A stretch of 64,000 nt of DNA. It comes from Salpingoeca rosetta. Taxonomy: Eukaryota; Protista; Choanoflagellata. The notes beneath the pieces are model-generated. The model was not told the origin of the DNA and ran no database searches. It worked only from the letters and a program-made list of their open reading frames with translations. The position numbers and the translations under genes are program-made. The stretch is taken from NCBI GenBank assembly GCA_033442325.1, contig JAWQFM010000028.1:217202-281201 (forward strand). The letters are read 5' to 3'. The stretch's first letter is position 1. The number at the start of each line of letters is the position of its first letter. This document shows positions 21,800 through 34,600 of the stretch, in pieces.

Positions 21800-22195
21800 G
21801 AGCGCGCACATATGCACACGCACGTATGCACACGCACATACGCACAGATACAACTGCACATGGTGTGCTTGCGCTGTTGCTTAACATTGCCTGGCATCAC
21901 ACATGGCGCGTCGGTGGTGTCGGCGTTTCCTTTGATCCATTCCCACAACACGGGCATACCAGCAGTAGCACGGGTTTGCGTGCACTTCTTACACGAAGCA
22001 ATAACACAACAGCTCAACCTGCCACTGTGAGCGAAGAGAATGGAGAGGTCGGGTCAAAGTACACGGGGAGGAGAAAGAGGGAAACAATTCTTATGTGCTT
22101 ATGTTTGCGTTGTTGTATCGCATATTGGCTACAGTTGCAATGTTAAAACAAAGCTCTATGCCTGTGGATGCCTGTGGTCAAAGAGTCGAACTGTA

Positions 22196-22271
<76 letters not shown>

Positions 22272-23127
22272 GCACACACACACACACACACACACAAGCA
22301 CACAAGCACACAAAACAATTCAAATTTCCCGGCAGCTTCGAGTGCGCGGTTTGCGCCTGCAACAAGGCAACAAACAAAGGACAGCAGAAGAAGAGGACAC
22401 TTCGTTCACACCTCTTGGGCTCGTGTCTCTCCCAACAAAGCAAGACACACACTCTGCTTTGCCTTTGATGACTGTGTGTGCAGCCGCTGCGACACCACCA
22501 CCTTGCTTGCTTCACCTCAGTTTGCTCCCCCTTAGCCTGCCTGCAGCTGCACCATCCCTCCCGCCTCAACGTCTCTTCCCTCTTGCTCGCTCAGCTCGCC
22601 AGCGCCAAGTTTCCCTCGACGACGCAAGGTCCCCCAATACGGTTGCTGTGCCAAGGCCCGTGTTGCCGTGAGACCAACACCTTGATCCGCCACATCACAA
22701 GTCACAGGCAAGCCACACCGCTCACCACTGCTGCTGCCGCTTGCATTCATCATTGCTTTGCTGTGGAGTTGTGGTGAGTCTCAGGTGACTGTGTGTTGTG
22801 TGTCGCGTCGTGCTGTGTCGTGTCGTATGCAGGCTGCCTCATTTCTTCTTCTTTGCTTCGTGATCACACCCACATCCACCTCGCTGATCTCCACTCCACT
22901 CGCTCCACTCGATTCACTCAGCGCGCTTCGGCCTCGCTCACTTGTTGCGTGTTGCTCACTTTCTCCCTCAACTCTCCTGTCACTGCATCCCTCGCTTACG
23001 TTTACAGCACACCACGCCCTTGGTTCTCTTATCTTCCTGATCGCCGCCGCCGCCGCCGCAGCAGCAGCAGCAGCAGCGAGCACACTATCTGAGAGGGCGG
23101 CGAGCACACTGGTCTGCCGCCCAAAGA

Positions 23128-23616
23128 ATGACACAACTACAACTCCCTCGTCGGCCATGGTGCCGCTGGGGGGTGGTTGGACGCAGCCGGCTGGTCTCAT
23201 GGCTGCCGCTGCTGGTGTTCATCTGTGCGGCTGCCATGGCTGCAATGGGCGCTCAGCTGGCCCACGCCGACAGCACCACATCGACCATGACCTCTACGGA
23301 CGTGACAACCACGTCCACGCAGATGATGCTGTCAGGCCTCAGCGGCGACTCCACCACCTCAACGCTCGTGCCCTCCACGACGCACACGGCAAGCGGCAGT
23401 GGCTCCGGTGACGAGTTTTCAGGCGGCACCCTGCCAAGTGGCATGTCAACAGCCACAAGTACGACAACCACAACGACGACGGCGACAACGACAACAGCAA
23501 CGACAGCGACAGCGACAACGACAACCACCACAACCACCACCACAACAACAACAACAACAACCACAACCACAACCACAACCACAACCACAACCACAACCAC
23601 AACCACAACCACAACC

Positions 23617-23683
<67 letters not shown>

Positions 23684-23751
23684 CCACCACCACCACCACA
23701 ACAACAACAACAACCACAACCACAACCACAACCACAACCACAACCACAACC

Positions 23752-23788
<37 letters not shown>

Positions 23789-26700
23789 CTACAACTACAA
23801 CTACAACTACAACTACAACCACAACCGCAACAACCATGATGCAGCCCGCGTCACTTGAGACGTTTGATGTGGACGCTGGCGAAGGCGTGCTTGGCCTCAC
23901 CTTCACACGCGCCATTGTCCTGGGCACCCTCGACCTGGACAAGGTGCTGCTCACTTCGGAAATTCCAGGCACAGCACCTGTCCCACTCTCCGCACTCGAC
24001 GGTGCACGCGTTGTGCCCATCAACACGCTCTACTCGACCCAGATCTCGCTTGTGCTCGGGCCCTCGCTCGTGTCACATCTGCGCAGCGCCACCGCCATTC
24101 TGTCCTCGCGCAACACCACGCGCCTCTTCCTGGAGCCAGCCGCAGCCATGGATGTGCTTCACTTCTCCCTCACGCCAATCGCTGCTGCCGACGCTGTTGC
24201 GCCAACCACATTCACACCCGACACGCATGCGCCCACACTGCTTGACGTGCAGCTCTCCACCACCAGTGCGGGCTACCTGCTCGTGTCCCTCTCCACGTCG
24301 GAACCCGTCCTTCCCTCGCGTGTGGACGGGCTGTCATCCTCCTCACCGGCACTCGCATTCTTCAACATGAGCAGCAGCAGCAGCAGCAGCGTGATTGCAA
24401 CTGTCACCAACGCTCGCCTTGGGCTGCAGTCTCCGCCTCCAGCAGCACCCACGCCAACGACACGCGTGGTTTTTAGCACTGCACGCCGCGCTCCCGCCCG
24501 AGCCCTTGCCGCCTACCTGCGAACTGCTCAGCAGCAGCAGGGGTCGGAGTCGCTTGCTGCGGTGGCAATGCTCGGTGCACAGCTACCTGCGTGGCGCTTG
24601 CACGATTGGCAGTCAAACGGCGTGCAGCCTGACATCACATCGAGCCCAGTGTTTGTGTCATCGGTGGACGGGGTTGATTTGACTGCCCCCACGATCGACC
24701 CTTCGTCCATCCAACTCAATCTTGCACAGCACACGCTCTCCCTCTTGTGCGTGGACACCGCCTCTGGCTTCGCGTCGCCACTGCCCCCGCCAAGCAGTGA
24801 CGATGGCGATGTGGTGTTGCGAGTGGACCGAGTGGGTGATGCTCCCATCACATTGACGCTCGCGGTGGCCAATGCACAGTTTGCGCGACTGAATGACACG
24901 CACGTGCACGTGTCGTGGTCGCTGTCTCGCATGGCGCAGCTTGCTCTGCAGTCCGCAGTGACCGCAGATACAGCTGCTGTGGTGAGGGCATCGGTCCCTG
25001 CTGGTCTCCTGGCAGATCGCCTGGACAATCCATCCACACCGGTCAACTCAACTGTCCTTACTCGCGTCGTGGCTGACACGACAGCGCCAACCCTCAGCAG
25101 CGTGGCGCTTGACCTGGGCACGGGTGGCGTCACGCTGGAGACGAGTGAACTGGTCGCCTTCAACACAACCGCAGCAGCGGCGCTTGGCCTCCCGTTGAGT
25201 GATAGTGGCGGCTTGAGCGAGCTCCCGCTTCACATCACCTTCTCGCCAGGCAGCACCGGCATCGTCGTTGTTCTGCACAACCTCAACATCAGCACGGCCG
25301 CAGCATCGCAACAACAGCAGCTTCGAAGGCGGCGGCGGCGGCGGCAAGCGAGTGGTGGTGTTGGCGAGTGGACGTTTGGCAACACCATCATGGGTGAGTT
25401 GAGCAGCCGTGACCGCCAGCTGCTCGTCTCGCGCCTGCGCACGCCCGCCATTGACTCTGTTGGCAGCGTTGCACCAGCTCACGACGGCGTGGTCGTTGAT
25501 GTGAACGGCAACACTCTGAGGAGTAGTAGCAGCAGCGGTGGTGATGGAGCAAGCCCACCTGTCATCACCTTGACAGCAGACACACAAGCACCTGTGATCA
25601 CTCGTACCAGGGTTGCCTTCCGTCACAGCCAATTCAGCGTTGTTCGCACGTCCACCAGTGGTGGCGATGGTGGTGATGGTGGCGATGGTGATGGTGGCGA
25701 TGGTGATGGTGAGTTGGTGGTGCGAGCAGCATCACCGTCGCCCGTGCGGGATGTGCGCCACGCTGTAGCGGTCGTGGTTGAGTTTGATGAGCTCGTGACG
25801 GCCAACGCGAGTGCATTCCAGGAAATGAGTGTTGTGTTCACCACCACCGCTGGAGCCAGCGTGGAGCGTGTGCTGAGTGTGTCCGAGACAACTGTGCTGA
25901 CGACACCGCCTCGCATCCGGTTGGTCGTTCCTGGTCTCGCTGATGCGCTCACGGCATTCTACCCTACGCATCCCAACGTGGCCCTGCGGCTCCCATCGAA
26001 TGACAACAACAACACCAACAGCAGCAGCAGCGAGAACAACGGAACCGGTGACGCCGTGCGTGACGTGTTTGGTAACGCGTTTGCGTTTCCAGTGCTGCTT
26101 CCGCTGGCGCTCAGCGACATCAGCCCTGCTGTTTCACGCTCCCTCGTGCGCATTGAGCCAGCAACCCTGACGACGACCCTCACGGTCATCACCGCAGCGC
26201 CGCTTGTTAACACGCCCGTCATGGCCTCTGCTGTGTACCTCTCCATCGGTTCAGCACAAGCAGCAGCAAACACTGGCACAACAACGACAGCAGCAGCATC
26301 ATCATCATCACCACCATTATCATCGATGGTGCTGGTGCCCATGGTGAACGTCACGTCTCCTGCGGTGGGTAGCGCAAGCACGACGTTTGAGTTTCGAGTG
26401 GCAAACGACCTTGTCCAGACCCTGACACAAGAACAAGCTATCCTTTCCGCGCTGTCCTCCCTCTCGCTGCACATCGTGTCCGACATTACGGCCCTTGATG
26501 AAGACAACAACGCCACGCTCACCGTTGCAGCAGGCACGACATACGCCACAGCCCTGACAGCACCAGCCTCTGAGGCGCGTGTGGTTGGCTTCTCGCTGGC
26601 CATTTCTGTATTTGAAGAGCTGCCCGTCAACGTGACCGTTCACTTCTCACAGCCCGTCGTCGCCTCAAGCGTCGACCCGGCTGGGTTTGCGCTTCGCAGT

Positions 26701-27015
26701 CGCCCACACACTGCCAACGACGATACTGATACTGGTGCCGGTGACGCCGCTAATGGTGACGATGACACTGGTGATGATGATGCCTCATCTGCATCTGGCA
26801 GCGGGGCGACTGATGGTGGTGGTGCTTCGGCTGAGAGCGAGGACAGCAGCAACAAGAGAGAGGTGGTGTTTGGGCTGGGGCGTGCCACTGCCATCGTTGT
26901 GGATGCGTGGACGGTGACGCTTGCGCTCTCAGCAGAGGACGCACATGTTCTGCAAGCAGCGCGGAAACTTGGGACGCGGCAGTCGAACACGTTTCTCTCC
27001 ATGGACGAAGGTGCG

Positions 27016-27048
<33 letters not shown>

Positions 27049-29767
27049 CGTGCGTGTATGTGTGTGCGTGCGTGCGTGTGTGTGTGTGTGTGGTTGTGCA
27101 GCGGATCATTTGTGATCTTGTGTGCTGTACGACCAACATCACCTTTGCTTTGTACATCCATTTCTTCACAACATGATTGTTGGCGCACGCGCATTCTTGC
27201 ACCCTTCCACCCACCAATGCACTTCCGTTGCCCTCCGCCAGGTGCTCTGCTGACGGTGTACGGTTCATCTGTTGGCGTGATCACACCATCCAACGCCATC
27301 ATGGCTGAGGGTGTCTCAGACGCCAGCATCATTTCGTCTCACTCGTCAGCTTGGACTGCAACAGAAATCGCAGGTGTGCATCATGACCTACGCGTGCTTT
27401 GCAAGTGTGTGCGTGCGTCGCTCGTGTGTTTGCGAGTGTGTTTTGAGAGAGTCAGGTGTTTGTGTTTGTTTGTGTGTGCGTGTGTGTGTCTGTGAGTGTG
27501 TTTTGTGAGAGAGTCAGGTTGTGCGCATGTCGTGTCATGACCGTCATGACTTTGCCATGTATGACGTGTCATTCAATTCGCAACCTCACATTATGTGACT
27601 CCGTGTCTTGGTCTCTGTGTCTTCCCCCCGACCTTGACATGCAGTGGTGACCATCATCTGTGCCGCGCCGTTTGTGCTGTATGCGCTGTTTACGCTCGTG
27701 TACATGTATCACAAAGAGTCACATGCCATCACTACATCTTCGTCCCTCTGGGACTCCCAGATGCGCCCCAAGCGGAGCAACGCCTTGCAGTGAGTGTGGC
27801 CACCAATATGGGCGCGGGTGTACAAACAAGAGTGTGGATGGGTGTGGATGGCTGAATTTGGATGTGTACACACATGAGCGTATGTGTGCGTGTGTGCATA
27901 TGCACGTATGTAGATGTGTTCGTGTGTACGTGTACATGTGTGTGTGCCTGTGTATGTGTGCATGGTGGAAAAACGCTGCATGGCATGATGTGTCAGTGTG
28001 GGCGTACCATTCACATGCCTGCTTACCGTGTTCCTTGTCTCCTGCGACTGTGCGTGTGACCCAGCTTGAGTTGGGATGATTCCGCTGATGTGGAGACCCG
28101 GAAGCAGAAATCTCCGCCGCCTCCGCTGCCGCCTTTCCCTCGTATGTGGCACATTCTTACTGTGTCTGTTGAGTCTGTGGTGCTCGCGCTTCTACTGTCG
28201 TCTTGCGCCCGTGTGACATTGCATCGCACACATCTACACACGGTTACACACGCGCACACGCACGCACACGCACATACGTACACACACATGTACACACACA
28301 CACTATAGTTTCAGGGCTGTCGCCAAAGCCGAAGAAGAAACCAGCACCACTCGATCGTGGCGACACGGGTATCAGCGTGGGCGAATTGCAGTATGCGCGC
28401 GAACACGTGCTCCAACACAGCCCTGGACATGACAGCGTGTACAGCAAACATTCTGCTGAACGCCTCGCACCAGTGCGGGAGGAGGCGGGCGGCGATGGTG
28501 ATGGTAGTGGTCGCGGGCGTGGTGACTATGGCAGCCATGATGGCCGCGGTGGTGTTGAGCGGCGTGAGACATCAACGTCACTGCTGTCTGCTGGCCCGGG
28601 CCCCCTGTGGACATTTGTGCCGTCATCAGACACGGCGTCAACGGCTGCCGAGCGCAGTGAAGACGTGGAGATGAGCGAGATGGGTGATGCGGATAATGTG
28701 GAGGATGAGGAGGATGTGGCGGAAGTGGTGGGTGTACGAAGAAGAACAGAGCATGGACCATCGTCATCATCACCGCGCCGCAACCTTGGTCCGCTGTTCG
28801 AGGAATCAGCAACCGCGGGTGATGGTGGCGATGGTGATGGCGGTGCTGTCATTGTTGGCGCGAGTGAGGACGATCATCGCGACAGCATCGAGTTTGGTGC
28901 TGGTTTTGGCACCAACATCGACGACCCGCATCGCAGGACCACGCTCGCAGGTCTCGATTGCGCGTGTATGTGTATGCGCGTTTGCGTGCATGTGTGGGCG
29001 TTCGTGCACGTGTATGTGTACGTGTGCACGTGCATGTGTACATGTGCAGGCGTGTGTGATCATGTCCAATTCCTGGTTTTGTTTTGCTTTCCTGCTCACT
29101 GGCCCTGTATGGCCCACCTGCAGGCTTTGATGACGTGTCAGAGTTTGTAGGCGAGACGGTCATTGCGATTTGGGGCTACCAGGTGCGTACAACAACAGTG
29201 CGTGGTTGTGTTTTGGTGGTCATCGGTGAAGACGATGCATGATGCACGTGTCTTTGGCGAATTGCATTGGATGCCACTCGTCACGGCCTCGTTGAATACG
29301 AGCAAACCTGGCACACATGTCCACAAACTCACGTCCAACCTCTCTCCTCCATACGCCAATCCACACACACACACACACACATGCGCACGTCTTCAAATTC
29401 ACTCCTTACCTCACTTATGCATGTGCAACTTGTCTTCGCAGGCGCAATACCAGGACGAGCTGTCGTTTGAGATGGACGAAGCATTGGTGCTTGTTGGAGG
29501 CAGTGAGCTTGAGGATGAGTTTGTGCAGGTGTTGTCGCCCAAGACACACGCCATGGGCCTGGCGCCCAAAAGCTACCTGTGCTTTCCGCACGTGTACAAG
29601 CATGCAAAGCGCACGCTTTCGCACCGCCCCACCCTCAGCCGGACCAACAGCCAAGACAGCACCCCTGTACAGCCATCGTCAACAAGCAAGCTGGCGTCGC
29701 CACAGTCGGATCCATCACCACGTGCGCCCTGGGGCGCTTCTTCTCGCAGTCAAGGTGACCAGTTGTG

Positions 29768-29815
<48 letters not shown>

Positions 29816-30018
29816 TGTGTGTGTGTGCGTGTGCTGGTGTGTGTGTGTGTGTGTGTGTTCGGGCATGTGTGTGTGGGGTGTGGGTGTGGGTGTGGGTGTT
29901 GAGAGTGGTTGCTCATAGCTGTGTGTATGAAGTCGGTGTTGGTGAGTAAGTGTGTTGGCATATGTGTTGAGAGCTTGTTTCAAGGCACGTCGTATTCCTG
30001 TTCACCATCGTTCTCTAT

Positions 30019-30054
<36 letters not shown>

Positions 30055-31025
30055 TACACACACACACACATGCACACATGCACGCGCGCGCAACACGTGT
30101 TGCAGCAGCTGCCATTCGAGTGGCTGCGCCACCTGTTGAGGAAGTTGATCCTGTGCCGCGTCTGAACATTTCGCGCGATGCCAGCATCCGCCGCACACGC
30201 ATGCGCGCATCCCTTCCAGCGGGTGCACTGGGACGCCGCCACCAGCAGCACACGCGACACCAAGAACAGCAGCAGCAGCAGCAGCAGCTTCAAGGTGGAG
30301 GGTACGCGACTGGTTCAGCGCCCTTTTCTCGTCCGCACTCGCGATCATTCCAAGGATTTCGGCCACCGCCAATGCCGCCTGCAAAGACGCAGCACACGCA
30401 CGACAGCAGTGCACGCAACGGTGGCGGCGGCGATGGTGATGGTCAGCGGCGCGTCAGCAGCCAGTTTGAGGCCCTTGATGTGGCGTCTGCTCTCAACACG
30501 GTACGTTGCAGTGCTGCCACAGCTCCTCCTCTGCTTAACAACACTTTGTGAATGCGTGGCAATGCATGTACTACCGCCAATCTTATCCATGTCACTTTCT
30601 CCCACTACCTCCCATCTCACAACCGACAACTTCAACCCACCTCGCCTCACATGCGCTGTGATGTTCTTGAAGATGAATGGACAGCGCCGCAAGAGCAGCG
30701 CCGACTCCACATCGCGGTTCACTGGAAGCTGGGTATGTTTGCTTGCATGCACACGTGCGTGCCTGCACTGGCGTCATTGCAACCATGTTGGCCACTGCGG
30801 GACGTTGTTGCTTTATGTGTCGTTTCCTTGTGCAGCCTCTGCCAATCAATACTCAAATCAACAACACTTACGCTCATCGCCACCACCGCCACAACCACCA
30901 CCACCACCACCACTACTACTACGACTACTACTTTCGACAAACAATAACTGCAGGAGGATTTGAGCACGAGGATGAAGCATGCTCCCTCCAATTTCGGCGA
31001 CATGGCAGAAACATCCGACCTGTAA
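23128..31025 (+). CDS. Large type-I membrane protein: signal peptide, poly-Thr mucin region, beta-rich ectodomain repeats, single TM, cytoplasmic Pro-rich motifs, SH3 domain; ~10 exons
   Basis: Exon 1 is 23128-27010. The TM exon ~27645-27790 encodes VVTIICAAPFVLYALFTLVYMY. KSPPPPLPPFP lies at ~28108-28140. The SH3 spans exons ~29151-29182 and ~29442 onward: VIAIWGYQ|AQYQDELSFEMDEALVLV...GLAPKSYL. Last exon 30954-31025 ends ETSDL*. Confidence 0.75.
23460..23835 (+). repeat. Coding (ACA/ACC/ACT/ACG)n repeat encoding a poly-Thr mucin tract
   Basis: More than 100 near-consecutive Thr codons in frame with the receptor ORF. Confidence 0.95.
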
Positions 31026-31073
31026 CCTGACGCTGGACGTTCGGTTTCACATTTTGTGTGTTGCGTGCGTGCA

Positions 31074-31105
<32 letters not shown>

Positions 31106-31610
31106 CGTGCCTTGGTTTGTTTTGTTGAAGCGCATATCTGCACAACACTTTGAGCGGGGTCGATCGCACTTCACATCACGTCATGTCCAAGCAAGCTCGC
31201 ATCAGCTCTCTTGTTTTGAGTTTGTTGTGTCTTGTGCGCTGTGTGTTTGACGTTCTCTCACTTGATACCCTTTCCCCCCTCCTTGTTTCTTTACACGCCT
31301 CTTTGATCGAGTAAACGAAAGTCGTGAATTCATGTCAATTGTCGTGTTATTGCATGTAGTCTGGCCAGGCACACACACACACACACACACACACCACACA
31401 CACAGACACACAGAGTGAAGACAGTTGTACTTTCAACCAGAGAGTGGAAGGCAGTGGAGACGCCCACTCACCCACCAACAGGCAGGGATGATTGCGCAGC
31501 CGCGCAACAAGACATCCATGTCAACACAGAAAGAACGGTCAGCACAGCGTGCAAGGTAAAGGGGTCGTCAGTCCTCGACAAACGTCATCTCCTTCACACA
31601 CACACACACA

Positions 31611-34600
31611 TCACTCGTCGCAGCCGTCAATCTCGATGGTGAGACGGTAGACCTGGCTGGCCGTGCGCTTGACAGAGTCAACGAGCACATAGTAGTAGCC
31701 GGCTCGCCCAGCCTGCGCCTCAATCTCAGCCTCAACCTGGCCACCACGCAGCTTCTCCCGAATCTTGCGCTTGCCGCGGCGCTTGTGGATGGAGAGGTTG
31801 ACCTTGTTGGCCGTGTCCGGGTCCACGGAGAGGTGGGCGCGAATCACGCCTCGTTTGCACACGTGGAAGGTGAACCAGTCGTTCTCGCCATTGCACAGCA
31901 CACCCGTGAACGTGCCCGGTGTCGACACGCGCGTGGCCTCTGTCTGCCGCACGTTGTTGGGTTCGTGCTCGTCGTTCTCCGGGCACGTGTATGGCGGGAA
32001 GGGCAGCGGCGTGCAGGTGATGTTGATGTGCACCTTGTACTGGTTGGTAGCGCCGTTGAAGCCATACACGCGGAGGAGGTACAACGAGTCCGCAGCGGAG
32101 TTGTCTGTGTACACCACAACCTCATTGTCCGTGACAGACGTGGCTTTGCCAATCAGCTTTCCTGCCGAGTTAAACAGCGCCATATCCAGGTCACCACCGG
32201 CGTGCTCAAACTCAATGGCAATGGCGATACGGCCGCCAGCGCAGACGGGCACGCGGTACCAGTCGTCGTCGCCATAGCAAATGGAGGCATCAAAGCTGGT
32301 GTGCTGTGTCGACAGCACGGTGGCTGAGTCTGGGACGTCGTTGGACTCGAATGAGTCCGGTTCGCACGGCGGGCAGACCACATCAAAGAACATGGCGTAC
32401 GGGGCGCTTGCGCCCTGGTACCCATACACGCGCACCATGTACATGCTGGCGCTGCCAGTGGTGTCTGTGTGCTGGACGGTCTCATGGTCGGTGCTGCTGG
32501 TGGACGAGGCAACCAGCGTGCCGCTGCTGTCAAAGAGATGCAGCTCAATATCACCAACGTCGTGCTCGAAGGCAAGGTTCACGGTGATGGTGCCCAGACC
32601 GCACACGGGGATGGCGTAGTAGTCCTCGTCCTCCGGGCAGATGCTGGCGCTGATGCTGTCCACAAACGGCGCGAGCTCCGTGGCGCTCTCTGGGTCGTTG
32701 TTGTCCTCAAACTGGTCGTCGTGGCATGGTGGGCACTGCACTTCAATCAGCACCTGATATGGGGCCGAGGCGCCACCAACGCCGACGACGCGAAGATAGT
32801 ACAGCCCGCCAACCCCGCCCGCGCTGTGGGCCAGCACCTCGTTGTCGGTCGTGGACACACCGCTGCTAACAAGGGAGCCGCTGGCATCGTACAGGTACGC
32901 GTCGAGGTTGCCTTCGTCGTTGCTGAAGAAGACAGACACGCTCACGTTGCCGTTGGCGCACACGGGGAACCGGTACACGTCCTCATCGTTGGGGCAGATG
33001 ACTGCGGAGAACTGGGTCTGGCTCGCGGTCAGCACGGTTGCGCTGTCGCCGTTGTTGTTTGGCTCAAACTCGTCATTGTCGCACGCGTGGCACGTGACGT
33101 TGATGCTGATGTGGTAGCTGCCGGAATCGCCACTGTATCCACCCACATACAGGTAGTACAGGCCGTCCTGCGTGGCCGCGCTGGTGTGCACGAGAACCTC
33201 GTTGTCTGTGGTTGAGTTGCCCAGCGCCACAAGGTAGCCGTCAGCGTCAAAGAGGGACGCGTCAATGTCGCCGTTGTCGTGGTCAAACAGCACGCTGACC
33301 ACCACGTGTCCTCCGGCGCACACGGGCACGCGGTACCAGTCCTCGTCCTGCGGGCAGGCGTATGCGTCAATCTCCGTGTCATCGACCGAGAGCACGGTGG
33401 CGGAGGTGTACGAGTCGTTGTCCTCATACTGGTCATCAGCACAGCCCTCGCAGTCCACGGCGACGTCCAAGTGGTAGGGCGCGCTGGCTCCGCTGTACCC
33501 ATACACGTGGATGTAGAAGACGGCGGGGGTGGCGAGCGTGTTGGTGTGAGAGACAGCCTCGTTGTCGGACGTGGATGTGGAGGATGCAACCTCCGTCAGG
33601 TTTGCGTCATACAGCCGAAGGTCGACGTCGCCAACGGCGTGGGAGAAGAGCACGGTCACATCGAGCGTGCCACCGCTGCACACCTCCACAGCGAAGAAGT
33701 CCTCGTCCTGCGGACACGCGTGCGCGTCCAAGCTTGCAGGCAAGGTGGAGAGCGGCGTCGCTGTCTGGGGCGTGTCGTTGTCCTCAAACTGGTCGTCCTC
33801 GCACTCGGGGCAAGCCATGTCGATGGAAACACCGTAGGGCGTGCCCTGCGGGCTGTTGTTGTAGCCGTACACGTACAGGTAGTACAGCCCGCCGCCAGCG
33901 ACGTCCGTGTACGAGATGAACTCGTTGTCTGTGGTGGAGTTGCCCTGGGCGACGTAGTACCCATCAGCGTCGTACAGGGCCACATCAATGTCTGCTGATT
34001 CGTGGTCGAAGGTGAGGGTGATGTCCAGGTCGCCATACGCGCACACGCGCACGCGGTACCAGTCCTCCTCATCCGAGCACAAGACGGCGTTGAAGTTGAA
34101 CTCAGACGCGTCCAGCACGTACGCGTTGCTGTAGTCGTTGTTGGGCTCAAAGTTGTCGTTGGTGCACATGCTTGTTGTTGGCTCCTCCGTGGTGAAGCAC
34201 TCTGCGTGGATGTCCACGTGGTACGGCGCACCGCCAGCGGCGACGGTGTATGGGTAAACGAGCAGCCAGCCCATGCCCGTGCTGTTGACATAAAAGCTGA
34301 ACGTGTCGACGTTGCCACCCGAGTATGAGCCGCCAATGAGGTTGCCGGAAGTGTCGTAGACATCAAAGTCGAGGTCGCTTGCATCGTCGTCCGTGAGGGT
34401 GATGGTGGTGTTGCCAAAGCATGGGAAGGTGACGCGATACCAGTCTTCACCAAACGGATCCGTGTCGCACATGACGGCGTCAAAGTTGAACCCTGACGTG
34501 GCGCTAGGCAGCACATATGGGCTGTTGTCCTCCGTCTCATACTCGTCATCCTCACACTCCGAGCAGCCCTCCACTTGGATGTCCACGCTGTACGGCCCTG

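Noticed and set aside
21800-23127. Possible small gene between NAE1 and the receptor
   Set aside because: No coherent exon chain or recognisable motif. Consistent with 3' UTR, promoter and 5' UTR.
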